From assembly GCA_964016885.1 (NCBI GenBank), contig OZ024742.1, positions 2,108,001 to 2,172,000 of the forward strand: DNA of 64,000 nucleotides, in the 5' to 3' direction. Source of the stretch: Eledone cirrhosa. Its lineage: Eukaryota. This document shows positions 12,673 through 25,458 of this stretch, piece after piece. The translations under genes and the position numbers were made by a program. Every line of letters starts with the position of its first letter. Position 1 is the stretch's first letter. The notes below the pieces were generated by a model. That model saw nothing but the letters and a program-made list of their open reading frames with translations, was not told where the DNA came from and did not search any database.

Positions 12673-12859
12673 GACATACAGCATCTTTAACACTGCTAAT
12701 GTGTTCCATAGACGTTACTTAAGATTTATACTAAAAATATCTTGGCTTCACCCTATCCCGAATGAAGGGGGTTATGAAAGAAGCTGATGTAAGTAATTTA
12801 TGAGATAACCTCACTGTAAGATGGCGGAAGATGCTCGGTCATTTTATGGCAGGATGACA

Positions 12860-13058
12860 AATAAAACAAAGTAATTTCAACATGATATTTCAGGACTATA
12901 ACCCTCTTTTCAAATGTGAAACTGAAACAGTTTAAAACAAAAATGAACGATTGATGTCTTCTTCCCTAACTGTTTCTGTTTTACATTTCAAAAGGGGGTT
13001 ATAGCCCTGAAATATCATGTTGAAATATACTGGGTAAAACATTACTTTGTTTTATTTC
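12860..13058. repeat. Inverted repeat carrying a degenerate U3-A8 HHR-like motif
   Basis: Arms ~12860-12933 and ~12968-13058; minus strand ACAT TTGAAAA GAGGGTTATAGTCCT GAAA TA TC ATGT. Confidence 0.5.
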
Positions 13059-13875
13059 TCCTTTATGTATTTCTACCACATTCTACCGGCTTTTTGAAAC
13101 TTATCAGTCATTTAATAAAATGTATTATTTTCCACAAACGGAATGGTTGTGGATTAGAAGAATCGTTGACAAGTGCTTAGCAATGTTTGTTCCGGTTTTT
13201 AGCATTCTGATATCAACTTTGTCTTCCATCCTTCCGGTGATCAATAAAATAAAGTACCAAGGTTGATATAATCGACTTGCCCTCCCCCAAAATTGCTGTC
13301 CTTCTGTCGATAGTAGATAACATAACTTTCCGCAACTGGGAATTAGCAGAAGGGTTAGAAAGTGTGAGAAAACCTCTTGTACGATACTTATTTACGGTTA
13401 TTTACGATTTGTGTTCAAATCCTTTCGAAGTCAAATTTGCATCGGGTTTCGACACTCGGTGGCTGGTCTGATTTTCTTTTCAATGGCGGTGCCCCAGCAT
13501 GGCCTCAACCAGTCGACTGGAACAGGAATACTAGTAAAAGATCATCTATTGAGGTCGATTTAAATCGTCTGACACAAACATACGGCCCTGTGCCTATGTT
13601 GGAAATTGCTATTTTTTACTCTGCCGAAACTCGCCACACTCCATAGGTTTTGATACACTTGAAATACCACCCACCCTGGTACTAAAAACTTGCCCATCCC
13701 TAAGGTACAGCAGCAGGCTCTTTCCAGTTGGTGTGTTCTTTGTAGTGTTTGTGGAATTGGCATTTCTCTGGAAGGAAGGAGAGAAGGAAGATAAACGCTG
13801 CTGGTCCGCTAGTTAAAATATAAATTAAACAATACATCGTAAACCCTCTCCCTTCACTAACAACAACAATAACAA

Positions 13876-13940
<65 letters not shown>

Positions 13941-14342
13941 CCACCATCATCAACACCGTTAACATTTTATTTCCCGCTACTACCACCACCATCATCCACC
14001 ATCACATTATGATAACGATAACAACCATCACCACATCCAGCACCATCACAGTCACCCCCACCACCACCAGTACCACCACTAAACGATAATACCAAGCATC
14101 AAATACCCCACCATCACCACCACCGCCACCATCATTATAATCATTATCATAAAAAAGTTTGATAAATATTTCATGTGAAGAAAGTTTGAAAGTGAGATGT
14201 TTTGGAATTTTATTGGCAACAGATATTGAGTGTCTGGGAGTAGGGGTGGGGTCCGGACGGGGTCTGAGGGGTGTCTGGGGGTAGGGAGGTCCGAGGGTGA
14301 AGGGGGAGGGCGGTTTGTTTGTGTATATATGTCTGTACCATA

Positions 14343-14382
14343 CCGAGAACAATTGTTTCACCTTCGGGGATCTTCAGCTCGG
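14343..14382 (-). ncRNA. Minimal type I HHR, left arm of palindrome
   Basis: Minus strand: CCGAG CTGAAGA TCCCCGAAGGT GAAA CAATTG TT CTCGG. Confidence 0.83.
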
Positions 14383-14425
14383 GATGTGTATGGTTATAGG
14401 AACTGTTTCTATAACCATACACATC

Positions 14426-14465
14426 CCGAGCTGAAGATCCGCGAAGGTGAAACAATTGTTCTCGG
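14426..14465 (+). ncRNA. Minimal type I HHR, right arm of palindrome
   Basis: CCGAG CTGAAGA T-CC-GCGAA-GG-T GAAA CAATTG TT CTCGG; helix I CCGAG/CTCGG, palindromic helix III CAATTG, GUU triplet. Confidence 0.85.
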
Positions 14466-14493
14466 TTTGGTGAACTAACTGTTGTGTAACCAC

Positions 14494-14570
<77 letters not shown>

Positions 14571-14676
14571 TATTGAAGTTTCCGTTGAAAATTGAAAACG
14601 TCATAGGAGTGAAGAGTGCTCTATGTAAGTTACAGAGCTAAATTTAATGTATAATAAACAATACAATATAATTACT

Positions 14677-14740
14677 TCATTACCAGAGGTTTCCCGAATA
14701 AGACGAATACAAGAAACGTCCTCATTCGTTCGTCAGACAA
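14677..14740 (-). ncRNA. Type I HHR with long helix II and weak helix I (probably decayed)
   Basis: Minus strand: TTGT CTGACGA A-CGAATGAGGACG...CGTCTTATTCG-G GAAA CCTCTGG TA ATGA. Confidence 0.6.
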
Positions 14741-14819
14741 GGCAATTTAAAATATAGTGAAATATTTGAAAAATCTCCTCAAGAAAGGCAAATGTTATAT
14801 ATATATATATATAAATATA

Positions 14820-14938
<119 letters not shown>

Positions 14939-14981
14939 GACGTAAATAAGAAAGTTATGAAAATTGACTTACTAAAATTTC

Positions 14982-15060
14982 ACTCCAACTAATTAGTTTC
15001 TGTAAGGGGATAAATACAGTTACGTAATACCTGTAGAGAAGCCTTACGTCATCTGGGAGT
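14982..15060 (-). ncRNA. Type I HHR, copy with CAGATGA core
   Basis: Identical to 15508-15586 except that the core reads CAGATGA. Confidence 0.6.
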
Positions 15061-15507
15061 CTATTCTCAGCTAAGCCACCAGGCAATGCGGGGACACTGG
15101 AAGCTTATATAACAATAATTCAGTGGATGGAAAAAAGCGAAAAAATTGAGCGGGGCTAGATTCTAAGCACTGAAAAATTCGCTGCCTCCTTGGTCAAGTG
15201 GCAAATTCAAAAGAATTAATCACGTCACACTGAGGTTAACCAGCTTGGAGTGGGGGTGCTATTAAGACAGAGCCTAGCTACTACTATCAGTCACAGTAGT
15301 AATTTGGCAAGTTTTGCTAAACAAATAATTTGGAGCAGAATATGAAGAATTAATATATCTACCGACATATGTATACAGATGCATACCTACGCTAGCAGAT
15401 ATATATGTTTTGTCTTAGTAACTTTGTAGTTCAATGCAGGGGAATGCAGAACAATTATATGAAAGACGTAAATAAGAAAGTTATGAAAATTGACTTACTA
15501 AAATTTC

Positions 15508-15586
15508 ACTCCAACTAATTAGTTTCTGTAAGGGGATAAATACAGTTACGTAATACCTGTAGAGAAGCCTTACGTCATCAGGGAGT
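15508..15586 (-). ncRNA. Type I HHR with extended helix II and 8-nt palindromic helix III
   Basis: Minus strand: ACTCC CTGATGA C-GTAAGG...(TACAG/CTGTA inner stem)...CCTTAC-A GAAA CTAATTAG TT GGAGT. Confidence 0.82.
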
Positions 15587-16049
15587 CTATTCTCAGCTAA
15601 GCCACCAGGCAATGCGGGGACACTACAAAGTTACTAAGACGAAACATATATATCTGCTAGCGTAGGTATGCATCTGTATACATATGTCGGTAGATATATT
15701 AATTCTTTATATATATATATATGTAAATATCTTTAAATCGTTTGGAAGCCTCGAGGCTTCCAAACGACTTAAAGATATTTACTTATTGTTCCACAATGCT
15801 TCAAGCAAACTGCAATACTCTCTTATATATATATATAGGAAAATGTTCAAGACCCCGACAGCAGAGACAAGCCGCTTCGACGGCTATTTCTGGACCGAAA
15901 TAGCCGTCGAAACGGCTTGAGCTCTGCCGTCAGTGTATTGAACATTTTCTTATTACCCACTCTACTACCCTAAGTATTGAGTACTCTGGTGTGTTATGGT
16001 CCACCTGGTTGCTCACCCCACTTCCTTCGTTATATATATATATATATAT

Positions 16050-17085
16050 GTATATATATAAAATTAAGTATGTGTATGTGTGTGTGTGTCTGTGTGTGTC
16101 AGTGTATTACCTATATAGGGGTCTACATCTTACGACCGATTTTCATGAAACTTTACAGGCTCATAGATTAGTCATCGGGGAGTGTTTTCTATATATCAGC
16201 GTATCGTTTTATTTTATTGCGGGGTCATTCTGCAGATAAAAATCGATAGGGGGGGGGGGGGGGGTCACCTTTTTTTAGGTATCGAAAAATAAGATTTTTG
16301 GCTCTAGCTCTCACATTTTGCCATCGATTTCGTTCAAATTTTAAAGCAAAATAGAATTTATCATTGCACATCCTGTAATGGCTTTATATTTTGCATTTAT
16401 TGTTCAGGGACGGCGTGGCAGCCGCTTAAATATTCAAAAATACCACTTTTAGACTCAAATTGCACTTTTTCAGCTCTAGCTCCCACATTAATCAACCTAC
16501 TTTGTTCAGATTTTACACTACGCTAGATCTGATTATTTCACGTCTTAAAGTGGCTTTACATTTTGGATTTTTTGTTCAGGAACGGCGTGGCAGCCGCTTA
16601 AATATTCGAAAATACCACCTTTTCGTTCAAATTTCTGCCTTTTCGGCTCTAGCTCCCACATTTTTTTCAACCGATTTCGTTCAAATTCGAAACTTCAACT
16701 CCACCTCACACATAAATCAATTTATTTGGTTCAACTTTTATACTACGATAGAACCTATCATTGCATATCTTATAGATGGCCAAAGGCAAAACGATGGCCA
16801 CTGACATCGTCTGAGCTTTTAGTTGTGTATTTGAGAATTCATCGGTTTCCAATCAAGTAGCGTGAGTAAATTTGGCTTAGTGTTAGAAATCATTACCTCC
16901 CTCCCCCAGCATGCCCCTTCGTCAGTTACCCGCGTTTCTCAGTGATAGAGGTCATCACCACCCTCCCCCGCATGCCCTGTGTGTGGCCATAGATAAGTCA
17001 CCGAGAAGCAGTCGCTAAGATCAACACCTTTTCATCAAAGCAGATATTATTTTACCTACCCAGGAAACGCTGGGTACTGCTGCTA

Positions 17086-17086
<1 letters not shown>
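16050..17086 (+). mobile_element. Non-autonomous Helitron-like element
   Basis: 3' hairpin ACCCAG-GAAACG-CTGGGT followed by CTAG (17083-17086) and T; 5' region with (TG)n and 'accgattttcatgaaactt'; internal ~170-bp repeats. Confidence 0.6.
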
Positions 17087-17134
<48 letters not shown>

Positions 17135-17145
17135 CGTATATATAT

Positions 17146-17182
<37 letters not shown>

Positions 17183-17730
17183 GGAAAAAAATATGACCCC
17201 GACGGCAGAGCTCAAGCCGTTTCGACGGCTATTTCTGTAGTCCGGTTTGATCTCTGCCGTCGAGGTCATACTTTTTCCTATTTCCCACTCTACTACCCTA
17301 AGTATTGAGTACTCTGGTGCGTTATGGTCCATCTGGTTCCTTACCACAATTCCTTTGTTATATATATATATATATATACATATATATCACATAAGAAACG
17401 GAGAATCAGCGGTGCGACGAGTAAGATTTATTAGACATATTACAATCGTTTCTCTGGCGACCAGCTCGAGGCACGATCGATGCAATGATCAAACCTGACT
17501 CTGAAATCGCAAGATCCTCAGATATGTCTCGATTCTACGAAGCAGAGTTTAAAAAAAAAAAAATTGTGATATGTCTAATAAATCTTATTCGTAGCAAAAC
17601 TGATTCTCCGTTTCTTATGTGATATTATACTCTGCTCTGTAAGAGCATCGAGTGCTCAAACGGCATACCCGTTCCGGACGCTTTAAGTATCCCACACCAA
17701 TTATATATATATATATGATATACACGCACG

Positions 17731-17761
<31 letters not shown>

Positions 17762-17804
17762 GGATATATATATATATATATATATATATCCATATATATA
17801 TACC

Positions 17805-17879
<75 letters not shown>

Positions 17880-17941
17880 CTGTGTGTGTGTCTGCGTGTG
17901 TGTGTGTTAAGTATATATATATTATATATGTGTGTATATAT

Positions 17942-18185
17942 AGAATGTCTCAAGAAAGAATCGCTGGACAGATTTTACGGGCAACACCAACAGGAAAGAG
18001 ACCCAGGGGTAGACCCCGAGCAAGATGGTGGGATAACATCCATGAGCTTGGCTGGTCACGCTTGGGGATCCAACCGGATCAGTTGGAGACGGTTGCTTCT
18101 GACAGGACCCGTTGGAAGGAGTGTTTGAGGACTCTGGCCCCACGACCCTCTCAGGAATATGTGGGCAAAGATGAAGAAGAAGAAG
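17942..18185 (+). mobile_element. RTE-clade LINE 3' fragment with (GAA)n tail
   Basis: [36 protein letters not shown] is the typical RTE C-terminus. Confidence 0.8.
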
Positions 18186-18199
18186 CGTCTGTAGTATAG

Positions 18200-18500
18200 T
18201 GAAGGCGCGTGGGTTAGTTGTTAGAGCGTTAAGGTGACAAACAGTTCGAATCCTAGACTGGGTGATGCATTCTCAGCAAGACACGTTATTTCACGTTACT
18301 CCAGTCTCCTTAGCTGTAGAAACGAGATGTGACGTCACTGGTGTTAAGATGTACCAGCTATTACCTTTCCCTTGGACAACATCAGTGGTGGGGAGAGGGG
18401 AGACAGGTATGAATGGGTGACTTGCCCAGACTTGTGCCTCGGAGGAGAACTTTCTAGGTGCAAATCCCATGGTCATTGGTGACCGCAGGAGGCCTATCAT
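18200..18500 (+). mobile_element. tRNA-derived SINE
   Basis: Same body as 10085-10382 in the opposite orientation; GTTCGAATCC B box. Confidence 0.72.
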
Positions 18501-18719
18501 TCATAGTGTATATACATATATACATAGATACATGTTTGCATATATATATACATCCATACATACATAAATACATGATTGCTGCCCCCTCGTTATCGAGTTT
18601 GGCCATTGCACGATATAACATTATTAATAATTATTAATTAATTATATCGTGCAATGCCTGTGCGTGAAGATATTTTTTAAAGTGAGGAAAACTGTGCACT
18701 GAGCCAATCCCACTCTCTG

Positions 18720-19197
18720 AGCGACAGTAGCTATAACCCGAAAAGAAGAAAAGATCAACATCATCTGTAACTACTGAGCCGCAGGTTTTATATCGAAGTT
18801 ATCCCAGTTTCCTGAGTTGTCTTCTCCTAGAAGAATGCCCTGACAAAGGCTAGGGGTCCTTCACTCCCAGTGGTTTAACCGCGCGATCGGATGTCCAGCC
18901 CGACTATTTCTATGTCCCGCGCATATACATACACATGCACCCATGTATATACACATATACATATACATACATATGTACATGTGTATATACATATTTACAC
19001 ACTTTGGGATGGCCGTTGACTCTTATGAGTTCTTCCGCCCTTTGTCAGATTTTGTTTTTTGTCCTGTAGGGTGTCCAAAATCACCTTCCTAACCAAGTAA
19101 ACTTGGTGGGTTGCCGGTTTAGTCGCCGACGACCCGACCATGCGACAGGTTGTACTCGGTTACATGTTACCAGTAGCACTCAAGAGTGACCCGACCT
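18720..19197 (-). mobile_element. Diverged, interrupted copy of the 38118-38720 non-coding element
   Basis: ~19000-19197 and ~18740-18875 match the reverse complement of ~38118-38310 and ~38310-38430; adjacent to (CATA)n. Confidence 0.65.
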
Positions 19198-19302
19198 AAC
19201 ATAAATACATACATACATACTTACATACACACACATATTCGTAAAGGCGCGCGCGCACGCGCACGCGACACAAACACAAACACAAACACACAAACACAAA
19301 CA

Positions 19303-19360
<58 letters not shown>

Positions 19361-20190
19361 TATATATATAAATATAGGTGTAGATGTATATAAGGTGTTT
19401 GAATGTTGGATGCGTGGGTGTGTATGATATTCCAGTATATTCTTCAAGAAAGTTAATATAAAGAAAAGGATAGATTTATTTTGGCAGAGAGGGGGGTAGA
19501 AGACATGTGTGTCAGCACACCTGTAGTAGCTAGGGTAGGGGTTTATTGCTTGAAGGTGAGTCTACACACCTCTTTATGTTGTTGTTGCCTCATCATAAAA
19601 TATATATTTCCTGTCATTCATTCCTCGCCATTGTTTACCGTTTAGACCAGGGCTGACAAAATATCCACCGTTTAATTACAAATGTCCCTGTGTGTGTGTG
19701 TGTGTGTGTAGGTGTAGGTGTGTGTGTGCGTGTGTAAATATGTAGAATATTTAGTGAATATTTATACACTCACAGACATATACACACATATATATATTCC
19801 TAGTTTCAAGAAAATATGCATAAAACATCGAGGAATTTGCATTTCTCGTATAAACACACACACCACCACCACCACCACCACCACCACCACACCACCACCA
19901 CACCACCACTACCACCACCACCACCACACCACCACCACTACCACCACCACCACAACCACTACCACACCACCACCACACCACCACCACTACCACCACCACC
20001 ACAACACTATAGTATTGTTTATGAAGCATCAAGGGATTTTGAACTTGGTGCAATAAGACAGAGAGGGAGAGGGAGAGAGAGAGAGAGAAACAACAATATC
20101 ACATTCCACAGCTTATATCTACAACTTGAAGGTTGTGACGAATTGAATTCTAAACACAGGAAATAATTGGTTGCCTTTGATTCCCCAGCC

Positions 20191-20906
20191 GGCTTACTGC
20201 TGCTGCTGCTGCTGCTGCTGCTGATGTTATGACCAGTGGCTTACTGCTGCTGCTGCTGGTGTTATGACCAGTGGCTTACTGCTGCTGCTGCTGCTGCTGA
20301 TGTTATGACCAGTGGCTTACTGCTGCTGCTGGTGTTATGACCAGTGGCTTACTGCTGCTGCTGCTGATGTTATGACCAGTGGCTTACTGCTGCTGCTGCT
20401 GCTGCTGATGTTATGACCAGTGGCTTACTGCTGCTGCTGCTACTGCTGGTGTTATGACCAGTGGCTTACTGCTGCTGCTGGTGTTATGACCAGTGGCTTA
20501 CTGCTGCTGCTGCTGGTGTTATGACCAGTGGCTTACTGCTGCTGCTGCTGCTGCTGGTGTTATGACCAGTGGCTTACTGCTGCTGCTGCTACTGCTGATG
20601 TTATGACCAGTGGCTTACTGCTGCTGCTGCTGCTGCTGATGTTATGACCAGTGGCTTACTGCTGCTGCTGGTGTTATGACCAGTGGCTTACTGCTGCTGC
20701 TGCTGCTGCTGATGTTATGACCAGTGGCTTACTGCTGCTGCTGCTGCTGCTGATGTTATGACCAGTGGCTTACTGCTGCTGCTGCTACTGCTGATGTTAT
20801 GACCAGTGGCTTACTGCTGCTGCTGCTGCTGATGTTATGACCAGTGGCTTACTGCTGCTGCTGCTGCTGCTACTTCTGCTGCTGCTGATGTAATGACCAG
20901 TGGCTT
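20191..20906. repeat. Compound minisatellite: GRTGTTATGACCAGTGGCTTACT + variable (GCT)n, ~18 copies
   Basis: Direct tandem repetition with a constant core and variable triplet number. Confidence 0.95.
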
Positions 20907-21238
20907 GAAGGAACTTTCACATCACACTTGTGTGTAGTACATATTTTAGCTTATAGAGCTTCTGTTCCTCCTCGTTCAGATCCAACCGCAACCCCTCTCC
21001 GTTGTCCCTGCTAACCCCTTTAGGAGCTTTTGACACTCTCCTTCTCAAACATGGAAGACAGTTTGAGGAGCTTACAAACCTTATGTGTCCGCTAAGGTGG
21101 GAACTTCATCCTGAAAGCCGGCTTACCACAGGATCTCTCACTATATTTACTCTGTACTGTTGTGTCGCACGACGTACGTCTCTCGCAAAATCTATTCTCA
21201 AATTATTTCAACAGTTCTAAAACCTTTATACATGATTT

Positions 21239-21348
<110 letters not shown>

Positions 21349-21387
21349 ATATTAAATAAATGGAAACTATATTTATAAAACCATATT

Positions 21388-21448
21388 TATTCTATTATAT
21401 ATATTACAAGGGTACCAAAACTTTGGTACGCGCTCATCAGATAAAATA
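21388..21448 (-). ncRNA. Decayed type I HHR (GAAA to GTAA), same family as 54212-54277
   Basis: Minus strand: TATTTTAT CTGATGA GCGC-GTACC-AAAGTTTT-GGTAC-CCTT GTAA TATATA TA ATAGAATA. Confidence 0.55.
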
Positions 21449-21801
21449 CAAAGTTTGTTTTATAAATATTGACATAAGGAAGAAGATCTTAACGGTTCAT
21501 GTTTTTCCTGGATAGTAAAGGAAAGAAGAGAAAGAGAAGAAAAGTCAAATATTTCAAATTATTAAGATGAGTATGCAAACGAGGTTGAGACACAGGGCTG
21601 AAAAAAAAACGTTATTTTTAGACGCTAGGTAGATTTAAATAATTATTAGGATATATGTATGTATGTGTAGGAAGAAGAAAGAGAAAGAAAGAAGAGCTTG
21701 TATTTACGTTAATTTAAAAAGAATTAACAGTTTGTAGGAATGGTGGAATATGATTCCAGAATTAAAAAAATATATTTAGCTATATTATGATTTATAATAT
21801 T

Positions 21802-24390
21802 GTATATATAATCAATTAGATTATATGAAGAATTATGGTTGTAAGTACACTTTATCTTATTACATTACTACAGGTTGTAGGACTGAACCCTTTATACCCA
21901 GAAAACCGAAGATTAACTTGAAAGACCACAAAAGAAATTTTGAAGTTGAACTACCGGTCAGACTCATCGCACCATCTAAATCTGACTTAGGCATAATTAG
22001 CAAGCATATACTAGATAGAATTATACCATAACTTAAAGAAAAATCACACCTTAAACTATGGAACGGTACTAATAAAGTAATAGATTGGTTTAAAAACATA
22101 AAATTAAAACATAAGAAAAAATTCATTCAAATGGATATTGCAAATTACTATTCCTCTCTTACCCCTAGCTTACTTAATAAGGCACTTATCTACGCTTCTA
22201 AACATACAGACCTATTTAGTGAAGAAATGAATATCATTTTAACAGCACGTAAAACCCTAATAGAATTTAATAATCATCTCTGGACAAGAGCCGACAGAAA
22301 AAAAAACAATTTTGATATTACTATGGGATCATCTGACTCGGCGCAAGTAACAGACCTCGTGGGATTATTTATTAATAATGTACTGCATAGAAAAATGCCA
22401 GAGATGACCGGAGGTTTATATCGCGACGATATGTTACTTTTAATTGAAAACCATAGCAATAGTGAAATTATATACAGTTTTTCAACAACTACAACCTTAA
22501 TTTAGAAATCGAGAATAATTACAAAATCGTTAACTTCTTAGATGTAACCTTAAACCTTAGCACAGGTCTTTACTATCCATTCCATAAAATTAACGAACAT
22601 CTAAATTACGTAAGTTTCAATTCTAATCATCCAAGAAATTAAAAAAAACATTATTGACAATAGCGTCCAGCAACGGATTTCACGCATCTCTGCTAATAAA
22701 AATATGTTTGATGATAAGGCAGAATATTACAATGAGGCTTTACATAGAGCAGGATACTCGAATAAAATTAAATACGTAGATAACAATAACATGACAAATC
22801 ATCCTAGAGCTCATTATAATAATAATAAACAATTCAACTTAAATAGTAAACCAAACAAAAAAACTAGAACTAGAAATATTATTTGGTACTCTCCCCCATT
22901 CTCATTAGGCGTTAAAACACCTTTAGCAAAGCTACTTTTTAAAGCACTAGATAAGTGTTTTCCTAAAGCCCACAGATACCAATCTATTTTTAACAGACAC
23001 ACTATAAAACTATCCTACTTTACTACTATGAATATAGCACAAAATATGAATAGAATTAATAATAGAAACTTAAATTTAAACCCTAACCAAACAAACCACG
23101 ATAGCAATAATAATATTTCTAACAACAATATTCATAATAAGTGCACCGTTCCTAGTAACAACTCCAGAAAATGTAACTGTAGAATTAAATCAAACTGCCC
23201 TTTACAAAATAATTGCTTAGACAAAAACGTAATTTATAAATGCACAGTTAAAACTAGAGACAAAACATTTAACTAGATAGGTGCCACTTCTACAAATTTC
23301 AAAGAACGCTGGTACAACTACAAACATACATTTAATAGGTCCGATAAAAAAATCTTCCACTTCACTTTCACATTTAATTTGGAATTTAAAGGACAACAAT
23401 ATAGACTATTCAATTTCTTGAGGAACGATTTCGAAAGCACCTGCATACCGAAATACGGCTTTCTCTGTCATTTGTGTATCGAGGAAATTTTTTATATAAT
23501 TAACTATCAAAACTCTATTAATTTAAAAACAGAATTATTTTCTAGTTGCAGACATCACCAAAATTCCACTTTCCGAAGTATTTTTCATCTATGATATTCT
23601 TTACACTTGACTATATCTTATACACCTTCTTTAAAATGATCCTATTATTTACTGAGTATTTTTTTTTTTAATTAAACATTTTTTAAATGATCTTTCTTAA
23701 AATGATACTCTTCTTCATCTATTTTTTAGATGTAGATTGATACTCTTTAATTGACATTCTAAAAGATATCCTCTTTACAATAGTTCTTCGAAATGCACTC
23801 TTGACTTATCTAATAATACCTTTTTCCTCTTTTTAATCTTCAAACTTTTCACACATCTTTCGACGTAAATAATATGTAATTGAAAATTCTCATCCTTGAA
23901 AAAAATAATCTCACACAAAATAATATATAATTATCTCTACATACTTTCTGAGCAAATCATTCATCAAATTTATTGGTTAGCAAATAATATTGGAGTTACC
24001 TTTTCCTTTACAATTGAGCAAACATAGACATGATAACTTGTATGATATAACTTCGCTAAATTAAGAATATTCTGAAAACATTTTCAATGTTGGAACAAAA
24101 TATTTGAATCTACAAATTGTTCTCCTCTTACAACTTGAACTACGTCTTTTTCTTAAATATTTTTCTTAAATATTTTTCTTAAATATTTATGTAAAATGTA
24201 AAATCAACGTCCTTCGTAACTCATGAAAAATGTAAACAATTAATACGTGTGGTTTATTTCTATAAAATCACCAATAATACTTATACTTGCACAATTATTA
24301 ATCTATATAGATATGTATATACTTACAACCTGTTGTAATGTAATAAGATAAAATGTACTTACAACCATAATTCTTCATATAATCTAATTG

Positions 24391-24400
<10 letters not shown>
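21802..24400 (+). mobile_element. Penelope-like element (Naiad-type RT + GIY-YIG), 5'-truncated and degenerate, with inverted pLTR remnant
   Basis: ORF pieces LKDHK..RLIAPSKSDLG, DIANYYSS, FDITMGSSDSAQVTDLVGL, GGLYRDD, IIWYSPPFS, CNCRIKSNCPLQNNC, VIYKCTV; 21802-21878 is the reverse complement of ~24322-24400. Confidence 0.9.
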
Positions 24401-24422
<22 letters not shown>

Positions 24423-24812
24423 AGTATATGTGTATATATATAAATATATATATATTGTATATATACACACACACACTCACACACACACACATATATATAT
24501 ATATAATATATATGTATGTATAAATTATTTCAAGTTTTACATCGAGTTGTCCGAGGAGGTCCCTATACACTCAATGATGCGAGAAATAAATTAATTTTCT
24601 TTATCAGAGTGAACACATTAAAATATTCTAGAGAAGCAGTATAAATAATATTTGTAGACCATATATATAGACCGGGTGTATAATAGCTATAGTATTGAAC
24701 AGCAACATCTAATACCATCCTGTTCTATTTCGATCAGAAATCCTATTGTCACAGATCTAATGATCGTTTAATCATATTCTGTGCACTTTCCGTAACACAA
24801 GGAAAAGATCCG

Positions 24813-24983
24813 ATCATCAGATCCAACCAAGGAAACAATGTGCCCATCGATCTTTTCATTGTTGATACTATCAGTCGCGGCTCCTGGTAGAAGAAAGGAG
24901 CTGATCATCAGATCCAGCCAAGGAAACAATGTGTCCATCGATCTTTTCATTGCTGATACTATCAGTCGCAGCTCCTGGTAGAA
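24813..24983. repeat. ~91-bp tandem duplication
   Basis: 'atcatcagatcca.ccaaggaaacaatgtg.ccatcgatcttttcattg...ctcctggtagaag' is present twice. Confidence 0.8.
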
Positions 24984-25171
24984 GGAGCTGGTATTTGAAC
25001 TCAGAAATACTTTGTTTTTAGATGAATAGAGATGCGTAGTTTGAAGCACATGCGTGTCTACACACACAAGATACACACATACGCACACAGATACACACAC
25101 ACACACAGATACACATACACACATACACACGCACGGATACACATGCATGGATAGAGAGAGAGAGAAAGAGA

Positions 25172-25245
<74 letters not shown>

Positions 25246-25389
25246 GAGAGAGAGAGAGAGTGTATGAAAGTTAATCCTCAAAATATATATATTGAATCCT
25301 TCATCGTCAGCCGGACCCAAATATTAGCATTGAGTACTCAAATTGATGGACGATCAGGAAGTAAACTTTATACACCAATACACTATACA

Positions 25390-25458
<69 letters not shown>

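Noticed and set aside
24775-24825. Minus-strand CTGATGA...GAAA-GTGCAC palindrome
   Set aside because: It is followed by AG rather than UH and helix II is weak, so it is not supportable as an HHR.
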